From positions 46,872,001-46,936,000 of the forward strand of contig NC_043010.1 of assembly GCF_006345805.1 (NCBI RefSeq): 64,000 bases of DNA. The letters run 5' to 3'. The DNA is from Octopus sinensis (lineage: Eukaryota). Shown here piece after piece: positions 62,111 through 64,000 of this stretch (positions are counted from its first letter, which is position 1; the number at the start of each line of letters is the position of its first letter). A program made the position numbers and the translations under genes. The notes under the pieces are model-generated. The model was given only the letters and a program-made list of their open reading frames with translations. It had not been told where the DNA came from and did no database searches.

Positions 62111-64000
62111 TTGCCCTGCCGCCCTCCTTTAATATTATTATTATTAAGAAGAAGAAGAAGAAGAAGAAGGCGTGCTAGCAGAATCGTTAGCACACCGGGC
62201 GAAATGCTTAGCTGTATTTCGTCTGCCGTTATGTTCTGAGTTCAAATTCCGCCGAGGTCGACTTTGCTTTTCATCCTTTCGGGGTCGATAAATTAATTAC
62301 CAGTTATGCACTAGGGTCGATGTAATCGACTGTACCCATCCCCCAAATTTCAGGCCTCGTGCCTATTGTTGAAAGGATTATTATTATTAATAAGGCGGCG
62401 AGCTTAGCGACATTTCATCCGTCTTTATGTTCTGAGTTCAAATTCCGCCGAGGTTGACCTTGCCTTTCATCCTTCCTAGGTCGATAAAATAAATACCGCT
62501 TGTAATCGACTATCCCTCCCATTGCTGGCCTTGTGCCAAAATTTAAAATCATTATTATTATTAGTAATAATAATATACACGCATATACACATACATATAA
62601 AATACATGTGTGTGTGTGTGTGCAGATAGACATTAAATTATCGAGTAGACAGACGTTTGACAAGCCAGATAATTTATGAAACCTATAGAGTAAATATATC
62701 AACTGTATCTTCAACAGAAAATTAGGAGAAAAAATGTGAGCAAATTATATTCTGTAAAGTTGCGGACGAGAAACAATACGGAAAAGGAAAACTACAATCA
62801 GTCAGTGAAAACATTGATTGAAAACCTTGCTGAAGATTACGCTTAACGTGAAATTGCATGCCAATACTGTTTTTTTTTTTTTCATCGACGCAAAATCACT
62901 TTCGTATTAAAAATCGATCGTTAGTTGATCGATCGTTCTTGGAAAGCAAAAGGGTTTGGTCGTAAATACTAAAAACAAGCACACATCCTGAAAAGTGAAC
63001 TTTCATTACTATTCAGTTACTGCAAAACCGTGCTAGTGTGTTTGTTTCTCTAACCAAATCTTTATCGGATTTTGGTATTCGATATTTGTGGAGAGATGCT
63101 TTATAGATTTCTCAGCACCTCCTTATTAACTTGCCGTCTCTTGTCCTTTTATAAATGCCGGGGTGACGGTCTTATATATTACATCAGTTCTTAAAAATCA
63201 AGAGATGGATAAAAATATCTACAATAGGTCAGCATTCTCGTTCAATGGAGATTACTGTCTCATACTAGAAAAATTGTTATTGAACTCTCCTTGTGCATCA
63301 CCTAATGTTCGTGAAAAAACAATCCTTTATTCCAACTATCAAAATAGCGCTGCTAAATAAATTAATAAAGAAATTGACAAAATCTTATCAAGCTAGTGAA
63401 AATAATATTTAATGATCTTCATTTCTATTTCATGCTTGTTTCATGCTCTGTCATCATTCGATTTGAATTCTAGTTTTCATTTTGTGTGTAAAAACAAATG
63501 CATTCATTGTGTGTACTCGTGTTCATTATGTAATAGCTTTAGCATTTCTCTTAGAAAGTATTCATTAAAATATAGCATACACATTAATTTCTTCTGGCGG
63601 GACGCAAGAGTCTTTGTAAGAATGATATGGTTGAACAATTCAGCTGCAGTTGGATATTTATTTCAGGATTTTAACTCGGAAATGTTAATGTAGCTAAATA
63701 TATAGTATGAAAATAGTTCGTCTGGTTATTTAATTAATCATTTGCGCCACTTCACTTAATCTAATAATAATTGTCCTTGTTGCATGGCAAATAGTACTGA
63801 AGTGACTGACTGGAGACTAGGGGGTTATCCAGACTGTCTGGACTGTTGCTATGTAGGAGTGTAGTAGAAGTTAAGGCAGGTTTCATTCATTTTGCAACCT
63901 GATTTTTATATATAAGATCAAAAGCTTGTTCGTGCATTTCATATTTCCGTGGGCCAGACGGAATAGTATTTCTATTAAGAATTGTGTCGTGTACTGAAGC

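Noticed and set aside
63163-63360. Plus-strand 65-aa ORF near a CpG-retaining region (62740-63200)
   Set aside because: No recognisable motif, GTG start and no phase-compatible partner exons; cannot be supported.

Overview
AT-rich, repeat-dense eukaryotic genomic DNA. The SINE and RTE repeat families suggest an octopus or other coleoid cephalopod (inference). The main gene is a minus-strand, multi-exon HAUS8-like (augmin subunit 8) gene. Its coding exons run from ATG 36839 to stop 11153, assembled by hand from splice sites and phases (12-13 coding exons, about 480-510 aa). The model has three anomalies: a GC-AG intron, a phase conflict before the conserved RVIPSRY exon, and a one-base frame break in the 26365-26631 exon, which contains an in-frame A_AAA_AAG heptamer (assembly indel versus programmed -1 frameshift). 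A second, unidentified minus-strand gene has exons at 845-1306 and candidate upstream exons to about 3312. The rest is mostly mobile DNA: RTE LINE fragments whose 3' UTR carries a variable ~61-bp tandem array, Penelope, Tx1/L1 and CR1-like relics, tRNA-derived SINEs, mariner, piggyBac, hAT and Helitron derivatives, a probable Merlin relic and a solo-LTR-like element. Structural oddities include a ~780-bp intronic palindrome with a flanking direct duplication, a Penelope-type minimal hammerhead-like motif and a 62-nt near-perfect hairpin. No CRISPR array, rRNA or bona fide tRNA gene was found. Most listed ORFs are repeat artefacts. All homology calls are from motif recognition, not from database searches.
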